This document shows positions 1-9,823 of a stretch of 64,000 nt of DNA, one piece after another. The DNA comes from Collimonas fungivorans (GTDB lineage Bacteria; Pseudomonadota; Gammaproteobacteria; Burkholderiales; Burkholderiaceae_D), in the NCBI RefSeq assembly GCF_028292705.1, contig NZ_JAQGLV010000193.1:10147-74146 (forward strand), given 5' to 3'. A program made the translations under genes and the position numbers. Numbering within the stretch: the stretch's first letter is position 1; each line of letters opens with the position of its first letter. Under the pieces are notes generated by a model. The model did no database searches, was not told where the DNA came from, and saw only the letters and a list, made by a program, of their open reading frames with translations.

Positions 1-1
1 T

Positions 2-1222
2 TCGCACCAGCACATCTACGGGTTGCTATTCAAAGTGCTGTGGCCTTTGGCTGCCGGCCGTGTTATCCATGCGCGCCAGCTTGAATACCTGGAAGAGTTC
101 CAGCCGCTCAACGGCAAGCAGATTATCCTGGTCTCCAGTCCGGCCCATCTGAAGCGTTTGCCTGTTGCATTTTCTCAGGATCAAGCTGCCGCGATACGCG
201 TCATATTTTCATCCGGCGGGCCGTTGCCGCCCGAAGTAGCCGCTGCCGCCGGGCAGGCGCTGGGGTCGATCCCGGTCGAGGTCTACGGCAGTTCCGAAAC
301 CGGCGGTGTGGCCTGGCGCCAGCGTCTCGCCGGCGCGGACGACAGCTGGCAAGCGATGCCGGCGGTTGCCTGGCGTGTCGCCGCCAACGATGAGGTGCTG
401 GAAATCCGTTCGCCCCATTTGCCCGACGCCGGCTGGCATGCGCTGGCGGACCAGGTGCAAGCCGTCGACCACCAGCGTTTCCGCTTGAAGGGGCGCGTTG
501 ATCGCATCGTCAAGGTCGAAGAAAAGCGCATTTCCCTGGATGCGCTGGAGCGGCGTCTGAAGGCGATTGCGCTGGTGACGGATGCGCTCGTAATGTTGGT
601 AGAGCAGCCGGAATTGCAGCAACGACAGCGGATTGCCGCTTTCGTAGTGCTGTCGGCAGCCGGTTCGGAAATTCTTGCGGCGCAAGGCAAGCTGGCGCTG
701 AACCGCCTGCTGCGCGACGGCATCGCGCATGCGGTGGAAGCGATTGCGCTGCCGCGCAGCTGGCGTTACCTGGACGCGCTGCCGGTCAACGCACAAGGCA
801 AGACTACCCGCGCCGACCTGCTGGCGCTGCTGGAGCCGGCGGTCGGCGCCGGCCTGGCCGCAGCTCCGCGCAAGCCTGCCGAGCGCCTGCTGGAGCAAGA
901 ACCCCAGCGCGTGCTGCTGGAATTGACGGTGCCGGCCGATCTCCTGTATTTCAACGGCCATTTCGAAGGCGCGCCGATTTTGCCCGGCGTGGTGCAACTC
1001 GACTGGGCGATCAGCTATGGCCGCCGCTACTTTGCACTGGCGCCGCATTTCCTCGGCATGCTCGGCCTGAAATTCCAGCGCGCGATCACGCCGGGCATGG
1101 TGGTGCAGCTGGAGTTGTTGCATGACCTGCAAAAAAGCAGCCTGGCCTTTCGCCTGTTCTCGGTTGCGGGACAGCACGCCAGCGGCCGCATCACTTTTGG
1201 AGCCGGCCATGCCGCAAGCTGA
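2..1222 (+). CDS. 5'-truncated acyl-ACP synthetase/AMP-binding protein fused to a C-terminal hotdog dehydratase (ApeH+ApeI-like)
   Basis: Frame is open from the window edge (SHQHIYGLLFK). Motifs SSGGPL, YGSSETGG, GRVDRIVK and P(VN)AQGK; C-terminal FNGHFEGAPILPGVVQ FabZ/ApeI-type motif. Confidence 0.85.
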   Translation, partial: SHQHIYGLLFKVLWPLAAGRVIHARQLEYLEEFQPLNGKQIILVSSPAHLKRLPVAFSQDQAAAIRVIFSSGGPLPPEVAAAAGQALGSIPVEVYGSSETGGVAWRQRLAGADDSWQAMPAVAWRVAANDEVLEIRSPHLPDAGWHALADQVQAVDHQRFRLKGRVDRIVKVEEKRISLDALERRLKAIALVTDALVMLVEQPELQQRQRIAAFVVLSAAGSEILAAQGKLALNRLLRDGIAHAVEAIALPRSWRYLDALPVNAQGKTTRADLLALLEPAVGAGLAAAPRKPAERLLEQEPQRVLLELTVPADLLYFNGHFEGAPILPGVVQLDWAISYGRRYFALAPHFLGMLGLKFQRAITPGMVVQLELLHDLQKSSLAFRLFSVAGQHASGRITFGAGHAAS

Positions 1223-1997
1223 CCTGACGGCTGCACTGGCGCCATTCAAGCCGTGTGCGGTGATCCCGGTCTATAACCATGAGCATGCCATCGGTTTTGT
1301 GCTGGCGGCAGTGCTGGCGCACGATCTGCATTGCATGCTGGTCGACGACGCCAGCTCCGCTTCCTGCGCGGCAGTGCTTGACGATTTGGCAAAGGCAAAT
1401 CCCGAAACGGTTACTTTGTTACGTCACCCCGTCAATCGCGGCAAGGGCGGGGCAGTGCTGACCGGTGTCCGGCACGCAGCCGCAGCCGGTTATACCCACG
1501 CAATGCAGATCGACGCCGACGGCCAGCATCGCACTGACGATATTCCCCGCTTCCTGCAGCAAGCCGCGGCCCGGCCGCGCAGCGTGATTGCCGGTTGTCC
1601 GCAATATGACGAGAGCGTGCCGTCGATGCGCCTGTATGCACGCTACCTGACGCATGTCTGGGTCTGGATCAATACCTTGTCGCTGGATATCAAGGACTCG
1701 ATGTGCGGATTCCGGGTCTATCCCTTGCCGTCCCTGATGCGCCTGATACAGCGCAAGAAACTGGGCGAGCGGATGGACTTCGATACCGAAGTGCTGGTGC
1801 GCCTGTATTGGGACGGCGTATCCATCGTCAATCTGCCGACCCGGGTTACTTATCCGATGGACGGCGTCTCGCATTTTCGCGTCGGCCTCGACAACCTGCT
1901 GATCTCACGTCTCCACGCCACCTTGTTTTTCGGCATGCTGTGGCGTGCGCCGCGCTTGCTGGGACGGCGTCTGCGCTTGACGCGAGGACAACCGTGA
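1209..1997 (+). CDS. Glycosyltransferase family 2 (ApeJ N-terminal half-like)
   Basis: VIPVYNH, VDDAS, NRGKGGA, DADGQH and DSMCGFRVY motifs. ATG 1209 follows GGAG. Confidence 0.9.
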   Translation: MPQADLTAALAPFKPCAVIPVYNHEHAIGFVLAAVLAHDLHCMLVDDASSASCAAVLDDLAKANPETVTLLRHPVNRGKGGAVLTGVRHAAAAGYTHAMQIDADGQHRTDDIPRFLQQAAARPRSVIAGCPQYDESVPSMRLYARYLTHVWVWINTLSLDIKDSMCGFRVYPLPSLMRLIQRKKLGERMDFDTEVLVRLYWDGVSIVNLPTRVTYPMDGVSHFRVGLDNLLISRLHATLFFGMLWRAPRLLGRRLRLTRGQP

Positions 1998-2956
1998 GCA
2001 CCGGCCAACGCCATTGGGCGCAAATCAACGAAGCCAGTTTTGTGAACGGCATGCGGCTGTTGTTCGGGATATACCGGATCGCCGGCCGCTGGCCGTTCCG
2101 GTTCGCCCTGTATCCGGTGCTGGCCTGGTATTTGCTGAGCAAACCGGCGGCGCGGCGCGCGTCCATGGAGTACTTGCAACGGCTGTGCGCTTTCGACCCC
2201 GCACTAGCCAGGCTTAACCGGATCCGGCCGGATTGGCGTGGCGTGTTCCGGCATTTTTCCTCTTTTGCCGAAAACATCCTAGACAAGATGCTGTTGTGGG
2301 GCGGCTTGTTCAAGACTGCCGACGTGGTGTCGTTCGGGCGCGAACAGATGCTGGAAAACATCCAGGCGCAGCGCGGCGGCGTGCTGGTTTGCGCGCACCT
2401 GGGCAATCTTGAGCTGTGCCGGGTGCTGTCGCGCCAACGCCGCCAGCTGCGGATTACGGTGCTGGTGCATACCAGGCACGCCCAGGCGTTCAACCGGCTG
2501 CTGGCGAAACTCGATCCGGACAGCCAGCTGAACCTGATGCAGGTAAGCGAGATGACGCCGGCCACCGCGATGCTGCTGGCCGAGAAAGTAGGGCGCGGCG
2601 AATTTGTCGCCATCGCCGGCGACCGCATTCCTGTATCGCCCATGCCGCGCGTAGCGCAGGCCTCGTTCCTGGGCGAGAGCGCAGCATTCCCGGTCGGCCC
2701 CTATGTGCTGGCAAGTGTGCTGCAGTGCCCGGTCTACCTGCTGTTTTCAATGACAAAAAACGGCCACTCCGAATGTCATTTCGAACTGTTTCGAGAGTCG
2801 ATTCACTTGCCGCGCAAAAGCCGCGATCAAGTCCTGCATGAACTGGCCGCCGCCTATGCGGCACGGTTGGAGTTTTTCTGTTTGAAAGCTCCGCTGCAAT
2901 GGTTCAATTTTTACGATTTCTGGCATTTATCCGGGTACAAAGATGCATCTCGCTGA
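1994..2956 (+). CDS. LpxL-like acyltransferase (ApeJ C-terminal half-like)
   Basis: AHLGNLE, IAGDR and PLQWFNFYDFW motifs. GTG start overlaps the upstream TGA (GTGA) and follows GAGGA. Confidence 0.85.
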   Translation: MSTGQRHWAQINEASFVNGMRLLFGIYRIAGRWPFRFALYPVLAWYLLSKPAARRASMEYLQRLCAFDPALARLNRIRPDWRGVFRHFSSFAENILDKMLLWGGLFKTADVVSFGREQMLENIQAQRGGVLVCAHLGNLELCRVLSRQRRQLRITVLVHTRHAQAFNRLLAKLDPDSQLNLMQVSEMTPATAMLLAEKVGRGEFVAIAGDRIPVSPMPRVAQASFLGESAAFPVGPYVLASVLQCPVYLLFSMTKNGHSECHFELFRESIHLPRKSRDQVLHELAAAYAARLEFFCLKAPLQWFNFYDFWHLSGYKDASR

Positions 2957-4532
2957 ACTGAAAAATCTGTCTGCAGGAACACCGGCGCCGGCGGCGCCGC
3001 TGCAACGCACCGTCTGCTTTGACCAGGGCCGCCTGACGATCGAAGATATTGTCGACCTCGCATCGGGAGCGGCGCAGGCCAGCCTGTCCGAAGCGCCGGC
3101 CTTCCGCGCGGCGATTACGCGCGGCGCCGATTTCCTGGACCGCCTGCTGCGCGAAGACGGCACCATCTACGGCGTGACTACCGGTTACGGCGATTCCTGC
3201 ACCGTCACGGTGCCCGCCGAACTGATCGCCGAACTGCCGCATCATTTGTACACCTACCATGGCTGCGGCCTGGGCGAGCTGTTCAGCCCGGCGCAGACGC
3301 GGGCCATCATGGCGGCGCGCCTGGCCTCGCTCAGCAAGGGCTATTCCGGCGTCAGCGTCGGCTTGCTGGAACAGATCGCCCGTCTTTTGAAAGAGGATCT
3401 GCTGCCCTTGATTCCGTCTGAGGGATCGGTCGGCGCCAGCGGCGACCTGACGCCGCTTTCTTACCTGGCCGCCGTGCTGTGCGGCGAGCGCGAGGTCTGG
3501 CGCAATGGCGTCAAGGTCAGCGCCGCCGAGGCCCTGGCCAGCGCCGGCATCACGCCGCTGCGCCTGCGGCCGAAAGAGGGGCTGGCGATCATGAACGGCA
3601 CCGCGGTGATGACGGCCCTGGCTTGCCTGGCTTACGACCGCGCGCAATACCTGGTGCGCATCGCGACCCGCATCACGGCCATGGCCAGTTTCGCGCTGGA
3701 CGGTAACGCCCATCACTTCGACGCCGCCTTGTTTGCGGTCAAGCCGCACGCCGGCCAGCAGCAGGTGGCTGCCTGGCTGCGCCAGGATTTACCGGTGACC
3801 GATGCGCCGCGCAACCAGCAGCGCTTGCAGGACCGTTATTCCATCCGTTGTGCGCCGCATGTCATCGGCGTACTGGCCGACGCCTTGCCATGGATGCGGG
3901 AATCGATCGAAAACGAATTGAACAGCGCCAACGACAATCCGATCATCGATGCCGAAAATGAAAGGGTGCTGCACGGCGGCCATTTCTATGGCGGCCACAT
4001 TGCGTTCGCCATGGACAGCATGAAAAACGCGGTCGCCAATGTCGCCGACCTGCTCGACCGGCAGATGGCCTTGCTGGTCGACAGCCGCTACAACCACGGC
4101 TTGCCGGCCAACCTGTCGGGCGCGGAAGGGCCGCGCGCCAGCATCAACCACGGCCTGAAGGCCCTGCAAATCAGCGCCTCGGCCTGGACTGCCGAAGCGC
4201 TCAAGCAGACCATGCCGGCCTCGGTGTTTTCGCGTTCCACCGAATGCCATAACCAGGACAAGGTCAGCATGGGCACGATTGCCGCCCGCGACTGCCTGCG
4301 CGTGCTGCAACTGACCGAGCAGGTGGTGGCGGCATTGCTGGTCAGCGTGCGCCAGGGCGTCTGGCTGCGTAGCCGGCTGGATGGCGCTGCGCAGCCGCAG
4401 CAGAATCTGCAGCAGATGATGGAACTGCTGGCGGCCGATATTGCCGTAATACAGGAAGACCGCATGCTGGAACCCGATTTACGCCGCCTGCTGGAGCGCA
4501 TACGCCTCCAGCACTGGTCTTTGTACGAGTAG
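2943..4532 (+). CDS. MIO-dependent aromatic amino acid ammonia-lyase (HAL/PAL/TAL family)
   Basis: YGVTTGYG, GSVGASGDL (ASG MIO triad at 3435-3443), QDRYSIRC, NDNP, HNQDKVSMG. Confidence 0.95.
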   Translation: MHLAELKNLSAGTPAPAAPLQRTVCFDQGRLTIEDIVDLASGAAQASLSEAPAFRAAITRGADFLDRLLREDGTIYGVTTGYGDSCTVTVPAELIAELPHHLYTYHGCGLGELFSPAQTRAIMAARLASLSKGYSGVSVGLLEQIARLLKEDLLPLIPSEGSVGASGDLTPLSYLAAVLCGEREVWRNGVKVSAAEALASAGITPLRLRPKEGLAIMNGTAVMTALACLAYDRAQYLVRIATRITAMASFALDGNAHHFDAALFAVKPHAGQQQVAAWLRQDLPVTDAPRNQQRLQDRYSIRCAPHVIGVLADALPWMRESIENELNSANDNPIIDAENERVLHGGHFYGGHIAFAMDSMKNAVANVADLLDRQMALLVDSRYNHGLPANLSGAEGPRASINHGLKALQISASAWTAEALKQTMPASVFSRSTECHNQDKVSMGTIAARDCLRVLQLTEQVVAALLVSVRQGVWLRSRLDGAAQPQQNLQQMMELLAADIAVIQEDRMLEPDLRRLLERIRLQHWSLYE

Positions 4533-4535
4533 GCC

Positions 4536-4967
4536 ATGGTTAATTTACACAAGCACCGCTGGTCGGCAGAACTGGAATTGCAGGTGCAGTTCTACGATCT
4601 CGATCCGATGCAGATCGTCTGGCACGGCAATTACGTCAAATACCTGGAAATGGCGCGCTGCGCGTTGCTGGACAAACTGGATTACAACTATCCGGAGATG
4701 CAGGCATCCGGATATACCTGGCCGATCATTGACCTGCACCTGCGTTATGCCCATCCGGCGACGTTCGGCCAGCAGATCAAGGTGCGCGCCAGCATCATCG
4801 AATGGGAAAACCGGCTGCGGATCGAATACGTGATTACCGACAGCGCCAGCGGCCGCCGCCTTACCCGCGGCACCACCACGCAGGTGGCGGTGGCGATTGA
4901 CACCGGTGAAATGTGCTTTGCATCGCCGCCAGTGTTATTTGAAAAATTAGGAATTGAACAAGTATGA
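4536..4967 (+). CDS. Acyl-CoA thioesterase, 4HBT/YbgC hotdog family (ApeK-like)
   Basis: FYDLDPMQIVWHGNYVKYLE motif; position in the cluster. Confidence 0.9.
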   Translation: MVNLHKHRWSAELELQVQFYDLDPMQIVWHGNYVKYLEMARCALLDKLDYNYPEMQASGYTWPIIDLHLRYAHPATFGQQIKVRASIIEWENRLRIEYVITDSASGRRLTRGTTTQVAVAIDTGEMCFASPPVLFEKLGIEQV

Positions 4968-5581
4968 AACGAAGCCTTGTCGTTGTTCTTGCGGCCATCT
5001 TTTTAACCTGCAGCGCCTGGCCGGCGCTTGCTGCCGCGCCGGTGGAAAAAATCCAGGCGATGCTGGCGCGGCCGCCGGTCTTGTGCGGCCGTTTCGACCA
5101 AAGCAAGCAGCTGGTCGGCATCAAGAAACCGCTGTTGTCGAACGGCCGCTTTTGCGTCGTGAACGGCAAGGGCGTCCTGTGGCGCACCTTGCAGCCGTTC
5201 CCCAACACGCTGCGCCTGAAGCGCGACGAAATCGTGCAGATGCAGGGCGACCGGGTTGCGATGCGCATGGACGCCAAGCAGGAGCCGGTGGTGAGGATGA
5301 TCAACAGCGTGCTGTTTTCGCTATTGGCTGGCGATCTTAGCCAGCTCGACAGCCTGTTCGAACTGGATGGCAGCGTGCAGGGCAACAGCTGGAAAGTCGC
5401 GCTGAAAGCGCGCCAGCCGGCGCTGGCCAAGGCGATCGGCACGCTGGCCCTGAGCGGCGGCGCCTACGTCAAGACGGTGACGATCAGCGAGGCGAGCGGC
5501 GATCGCACCGACATCAGTTTTTCCGAGCTGCAAAGCGGCAGCAGCGCGATGACGGCCGAAGAAGGGGCTGCATTTGACTGA
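4964..5581 (+). CDS. LolA-like outer-membrane lipoprotein carrier (ApeL-like)
   Basis: Signal peptide; GRFDQSK...LLSNGRF...GVLW pattern; E..GDRT at the C-terminus; lies upstream of the MMPL gene. Confidence 0.8.
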   Translation: MKRSLVVVLAAIFLTCSAWPALAAAPVEKIQAMLARPPVLCGRFDQSKQLVGIKKPLLSNGRFCVVNGKGVLWRTLQPFPNTLRLKRDEIVQMQGDRVAMRMDAKQEPVVRMINSVLFSLLAGDLSQLDSLFELDGSVQGNSWKVALKARQPALAKAIGTLALSGGAYVKTVTISEASGDRTDISFSELQSGSSAMTAEEGAAFD

Positions 5582-8009
5582 TCCAGGCCGAGGCAATGGC
5601 GCTGGCTGGGGCAGGCGCATGGCGCTGGCGTGGGCCCTGGCGGTCGCCTTGCTGCTGGCGCATAACGGCTACCTGTGGCTGGTCAAAGGCGTGGTGCCTG
5701 ATACCGACATCATGGCCTTGCTGCCGGTCGAACAGCGCGATCCGGTGCTGCAGCAGGCGTTCACGCACATGGTCGACGCCGCCCAGCAGCGGCTGGTGGT
5801 GCTGGTCGGCGCCGACGACTGGGATCAGGCCCGCACCGCCGCCGATGCCTACAGCGCGGTGCTGGCCAGGCAGCCGGCCCTGCTGCAGAGCACTATCCAG
5901 CTGTCGGCGCAGAACCAGCAAGACTGGCTGGCGCCGTCGCAGCAGATGCGGCTCAGCCTGCTGACGCCGGCGCAGCAGGCAGCGCTGCGCCAGCAAACGC
6001 CCAAATATTGGGTCGACAGCGCCTTGCAACAGTTGTACAGCCCGTTTTCCGGGCCCAAGCTGGGCGCCTGGCAGGACGATCCCTTCGGCCTGTTCAACGG
6101 CTGGGTGCAAGCGCGTGCCCAGGAAACGCCGGTGCGCCCGCGCGACGGCTATCTGTTTGTGGAAGACCAGGGACGTCCTTATATCGTGTTGCTGTTGAAC
6201 TTGCGGCAGCCGGCATTCTCGATGGCGACCCAGCAGGCGTTGCTGCCGCTGCTGGACCAGGCCGGCGCGGCCGCCCGCCAGGCAGTGCCGGCGGTTGAAC
6301 TGGTCAGCGCCGGCGTGGTGTTGCATGCCGGCGCCGGCAGCGCCCAGGCCAGCCGGGAAATGTCGACCATCGGCATCGGCTCGTTGCTGGGCGTGATCCT
6401 GCTGATGTGGCTGACCTTCCGTTCCTTGCGGCCGATCGCCATGATCATGCTGTCGATAGGCGTCGGCTGCCTGGCGTCGTTTTCCCTGTGCTGGATGATT
6501 TTCGGACAAGTGCATTTGCTGACGCTGGTATTCGGCGCCAGCCTGATCGGCGTGGCCCAGGATTACGGGATTTATTTCCTGTGCAGCCGGGTCGCCGCCG
6601 ACCGCACGCTGGGATCGTGGCAATTGCTGCGGCGCCTGATGCCGGGCCTGGCGCTGACCCTGGCCGCCGCGGCGATAGGCTACATCGGCCTGGCGCTGAC
6701 GCCGTTTCCAGGTTTGCGGCAGATGGCTGTGTTCTCGGTGCTGGGCCTGGTATTTGCGTGGCTGACGGTGGTTTTCTGGTTTCCTGCGCTGCTGACTGCG
6801 CAAACGTTGAAGAACTCCGCCTTTGCCGGCTGGTTCGGCCGGACCCGGCGCCATTGGCCGTTGCTGGGCATGAATCGTGCGTCGGCGGTGGCAGTGCTGC
6901 TGTTCGGTATTTTTGCCGTGGCCGGCATGACGCGCCTGACGGTGAACGACGATATCCGTTCTTTGCAGACGCCGCCGAAAGCGCTGCTGGCGGACCAGAT
7001 CAAGCTGGGAAAACTGCTCGACGCGCCGACCCCGGTGCAGTTCTACCTGGTGCGCGGCGCCAGCGCGGAACAGGTGTTGCAGCGCGAGGAAGCATTAAAG
7101 CAGCGGCTCGAGCCCTTGGTTGCCAAACATATCATCAGCGGTTACCAGGCAATGTCCAACTGGACACCCTCGATACGGGAACAGGCGGCGAACCGGGCCC
7201 TGGTCACGCAGGCCTTGCTTGCTGCCGACGGTCCTTTGCAGGCGCTGGCGGCGCAGCTGGGCGAAGATGAGAGCTGGGTAGCGCAAATGCGCAGCCGGGC
7301 CCTGAGCGCGGCGGCCAGCGCCAACGGCGGCCACGATCTTACTCCGGCCGCATTCCTGAAGAGCGCGGCCAGCGAGCCGTCGCGCTATCTCTGGCTGGGA
7401 GAAATAGAAGGGGCGCAAGGGCGCGTCTATGCCAGCATAGTCGCGCTGCGCGGGCTGAACAATTATGGCAACTTGCCGCTCCTGAAACAGGCAGCCGGGG
7501 AACTGGATGGCGTGTCATGGGTCGACAAGGTCAGTGAAATATCTTCGGTGCTGGGCCATTACCGGCAATATATGGGATGGGTGCTGCTGGGCGCATATGC
7601 GGCGATCTTCCTGCTGCTGTTTACCCGCTATCGCAGCGCAGCCTGGCGCGTGCTGACGCCGCCGGCGGTCGCCAGCATCGCTACCCTGGCCATGCTGGGC
7701 TTGCTGGGGCAGCCGTTGCAATTGTTTCATGTCCTGGCGCTGATGCTGATTCTCGGGCTGGGCGTCGACTACGGTATTTTTTTGCAAGAACAAAGCATGC
7801 AGCGCGATCGCTTCGCCTGGCTCACGGTCGGCTTGTCGGCCGCCAGCGCCTTGTTGTCGTTCGGCTTGCTGGCGTTGTCCGCTACGCCGCCGCTGCATGC
7901 ATTCGGATTCACGATGTTGATCGGAATTGCGGTCGTTTGGCTAGTCGCCCCTTGTTTTAGCCAGGATTCACAACAGGAAAAAGAAGAACAACATGCAAAC
8001 AAGAGTTGA
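5574..8009 (+). CDS. MMPL/RND-like exporter (ApeM-like)
   Basis: Two TM bundles with GVAQDYG and GLGVDYG motifs separated by large periplasmic loops. Confidence 0.9.
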   Translation: MTDPGRGNGAGWGRRMALAWALAVALLLAHNGYLWLVKGVVPDTDIMALLPVEQRDPVLQQAFTHMVDAAQQRLVVLVGADDWDQARTAADAYSAVLARQPALLQSTIQLSAQNQQDWLAPSQQMRLSLLTPAQQAALRQQTPKYWVDSALQQLYSPFSGPKLGAWQDDPFGLFNGWVQARAQETPVRPRDGYLFVEDQGRPYIVLLLNLRQPAFSMATQQALLPLLDQAGAAARQAVPAVELVSAGVVLHAGAGSAQASREMSTIGIGSLLGVILLMWLTFRSLRPIAMIMLSIGVGCLASFSLCWMIFGQVHLLTLVFGASLIGVAQDYGIYFLCSRVAADRTLGSWQLLRRLMPGLALTLAAAAIGYIGLALTPFPGLRQMAVFSVLGLVFAWLTVVFWFPALLTAQTLKNSAFAGWFGRTRRHWPLLGMNRASAVAVLLFGIFAVAGMTRLTVNDDIRSLQTPPKALLADQIKLGKLLDAPTPVQFYLVRGASAEQVLQREEALKQRLEPLVAKHIISGYQAMSNWTPSIREQAANRALVTQALLAADGPLQALAAQLGEDESWVAQMRSRALSAAASANGGHDLTPAAFLKSAASEPSRYLWLGEIEGAQGRVYASIVALRGLNNYGNLPLLKQAAGELDGVSWVDKVSEISSVLGHYRQYMGWVLLGAYAAIFLLLFTRYRSAAWRVLTPPAVASIATLAMLGLLGQPLQLFHVLALMLILGLGVDYGIFLQEQSMQRDRFAWLTVGLSAASALLSFGLLALSATPPLHAFGFTMLIGIAVVWLVAPCFSQDSQQEKEEQHANKS

Positions 8010-9231
8010 ACAGTGTGATGTGTTGGTGATCGGCGCCGGTCCGGCAGGTTCGGTGGCGGCGGCGTTGCTGCTAAAGCAAGGGCGGCAGGTGCTGGTGCTG
8101 GAGCGGGAGCAGTTTCCGCGTTTTAGCATAGGCGAGAGCCTGCTGCCGCAAAGCATGGAATATCTGCAGCAGGCAGGCATGCTGCAGGCGGTGGTGGAAG
8201 CAGGGTTCCAGTACAAGAACGGCGCCGCGTTCGTGCGCGGAGACCGCTATACCGATTTCGACTTCCGCGACAAGCACTCCCCGGGCTGGGGCACCACCTA
8301 CCAGGTGCAGCGCGCCCAGTTCGACCAGTTGCTGGCCAATGAAGCCGAGCGCCAGGGCGCGCAAGTGCGCTATCAGCATACCGTGACTGCGTTTGACGCC
8401 GACGCAGGAAAGCCGCGGGTCACGGTGCGCCATGTGGACGGCACGGAATATATCGTGGAGGCGGGTTTTGTGCTGGACGCCAGCGGTTTCGGGCGCGTGC
8501 TGTCGCGCCTGCTGCAGCTGGAATCGCCGTCGAATTTCCCGGTGCGCGGCGCCATTTTCACCCACATCGAGGATGGCATAACCGTGCCTGGTTTCGACCG
8601 CAACAAGATACGGATTACGGTGCATCCTGAACATTGCGATGTCTGGTACTGGCTGATTCCATTTGCCGGCGGCCGCTGCTCTATCGGCGTGGTCGCGGAA
8701 ACCGCGTTCCTGGAGCAGTTCAAGGGCAGCGAAACCGAACGCCTGCAGACGCTGGTCATGCAGGACCCGGCGTCGCGCGCCTTGCTGGAGAATGCCCGCT
8801 GGGATACGCCGGCGCGCCAGATCGTCGGTTATTCGTCCAACGTCAAATCCTTGTGGGGCAAGGGTTATGCTTTGCTCGGCAACGCCGGGGAATTCCTGGA
8901 TCCGGTGTTTTCTTCCGGCGTCACGATCGCGGTCAAGTCCGCCAGCCTGGCCGCCGCCGCCTTGCAGCGCCAGTTCGCAGGCGAAACCGTGGACTGGGAA
9001 AGCGAATATGCGATACCGTTGAAAAAAGGTGTCGATACTTTCCGCACTTTTGTCGATTCCTGGTATTCGGGCGGTTTCCAGAAAGTCATTTTTTATGAAA
9101 AGCAGCAGCCGGAAGTGCGCCGCATGATCGCAGCGATCCTGGCCGGTTATGCCTGGGACGACAGCAATCCGTATGCAAAGGAAAGCAAGCGGCGCCTGAA
9201 AACGCTGGAGGAAATATGCAGTTCAATCTGA
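7993..9231 (+). CDS. FAD-dependent oxidoreductase, flavin-dependent halogenase-like
   Basis: GAGPAG, FPRFSIGESLLP, GFQYK75NGA, WYWLIP and FLDPVFSSGV motifs. Confidence 0.85.
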   Translation: MQTRVEQCDVLVIGAGPAGSVAAALLLKQGRQVLVLEREQFPRFSIGESLLPQSMEYLQQAGMLQAVVEAGFQYKNGAAFVRGDRYTDFDFRDKHSPGWGTTYQVQRAQFDQLLANEAERQGAQVRYQHTVTAFDADAGKPRVTVRHVDGTEYIVEAGFVLDASGFGRVLSRLLQLESPSNFPVRGAIFTHIEDGITVPGFDRNKIRITVHPEHCDVWYWLIPFAGGRCSIGVVAETAFLEQFKGSETERLQTLVMQDPASRALLENARWDTPARQIVGYSSNVKSLWGKGYALLGNAGEFLDPVFSSGVTIAVKSASLAAAALQRQFAGETVDWESEYAIPLKKGVDTFRTFVDSWYSGGFQKVIFYEKQQPEVRRMIAAILAGYAWDDSNPYAKESKRRLKTLEEICSSI

Positions 9232-9821
9232 CTGGCGGCCATGGCCGGTTGCGGTTTGGCGGGCTAATTTGCGTATTGGCTGGCGCGCTTGCGGCCTGTA
9301 CAACCACGCAGCCGCAAGCGCCGGCCAGGCTGGGGCTGATGCTGGCGCCGGCGTCCCTGGGCGCCAGCATCAGCCTGCAGCAGCATTTGACGGTGGAGCG
9401 CCAAGGCCGCGTCGACCAGCTTGATGCCGCGGTGGAAGTCGACCAGCAGCAATTCAACATGGTCGGCCTGGCGTTTGGCCAGCGTGTCCTGAGCATGAAC
9501 TATGACGGCAAGACGTTGCAGTCCTGGCGTCATCCCATGCTGCCGTCCCAGGTGCGGGTCGAAGATGTGATGGAAGACACGCAATTGACCTTGTGGCCGC
9601 TGGCGGCGATCCGCGCGGCGCTGCCGCCAGGCTGGCAGATCGAGCAGCAAGGATTGCGGCGCACGCTGTCGCTGCAAGGGGAGCCGGTCATGGTGATCGA
9701 TTACAGCACACCGACGCCGTGGGACGGCAAGGTGGAACTGAACAATCTGCGCTATCACTATCACCTGACGATTGAATCGGTCAGCGATGCTGCTGCTCCT
9801 TCGTCTACTGCAACGCCATAG
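9216..9821 (+). CDS. Lipoprotein, DUF3261-like (ApeN-like)
   Basis: Lipobox LAAC; DTQLTLWP motif; typical position before the ketosynthase. Confidence 0.75.
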   Translation: MQFNLTGGHGRLRFGGLICVLAGALAACTTTQPQAPARLGLMLAPASLGASISLQQHLTVERQGRVDQLDAAVEVDQQQFNMVGLAFGQRVLSMNYDGKTLQSWRHPMLPSQVRVEDVMEDTQLTLWPLAAIRAALPPGWQIEQQGLRRTLSLQGEPVMVIDYSTPTPWDGKVELNNLRYHYHLTIESVSDAAAPSSTATP

Positions 9822-9823
9822 AC

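Noticed and set aside
2943-4532. Annotation as hutH (histidine utilisation)
   Set aside because: No other hut genes nearby; the gene is embedded in the PKS operon and lacks the canonical SH dyad.
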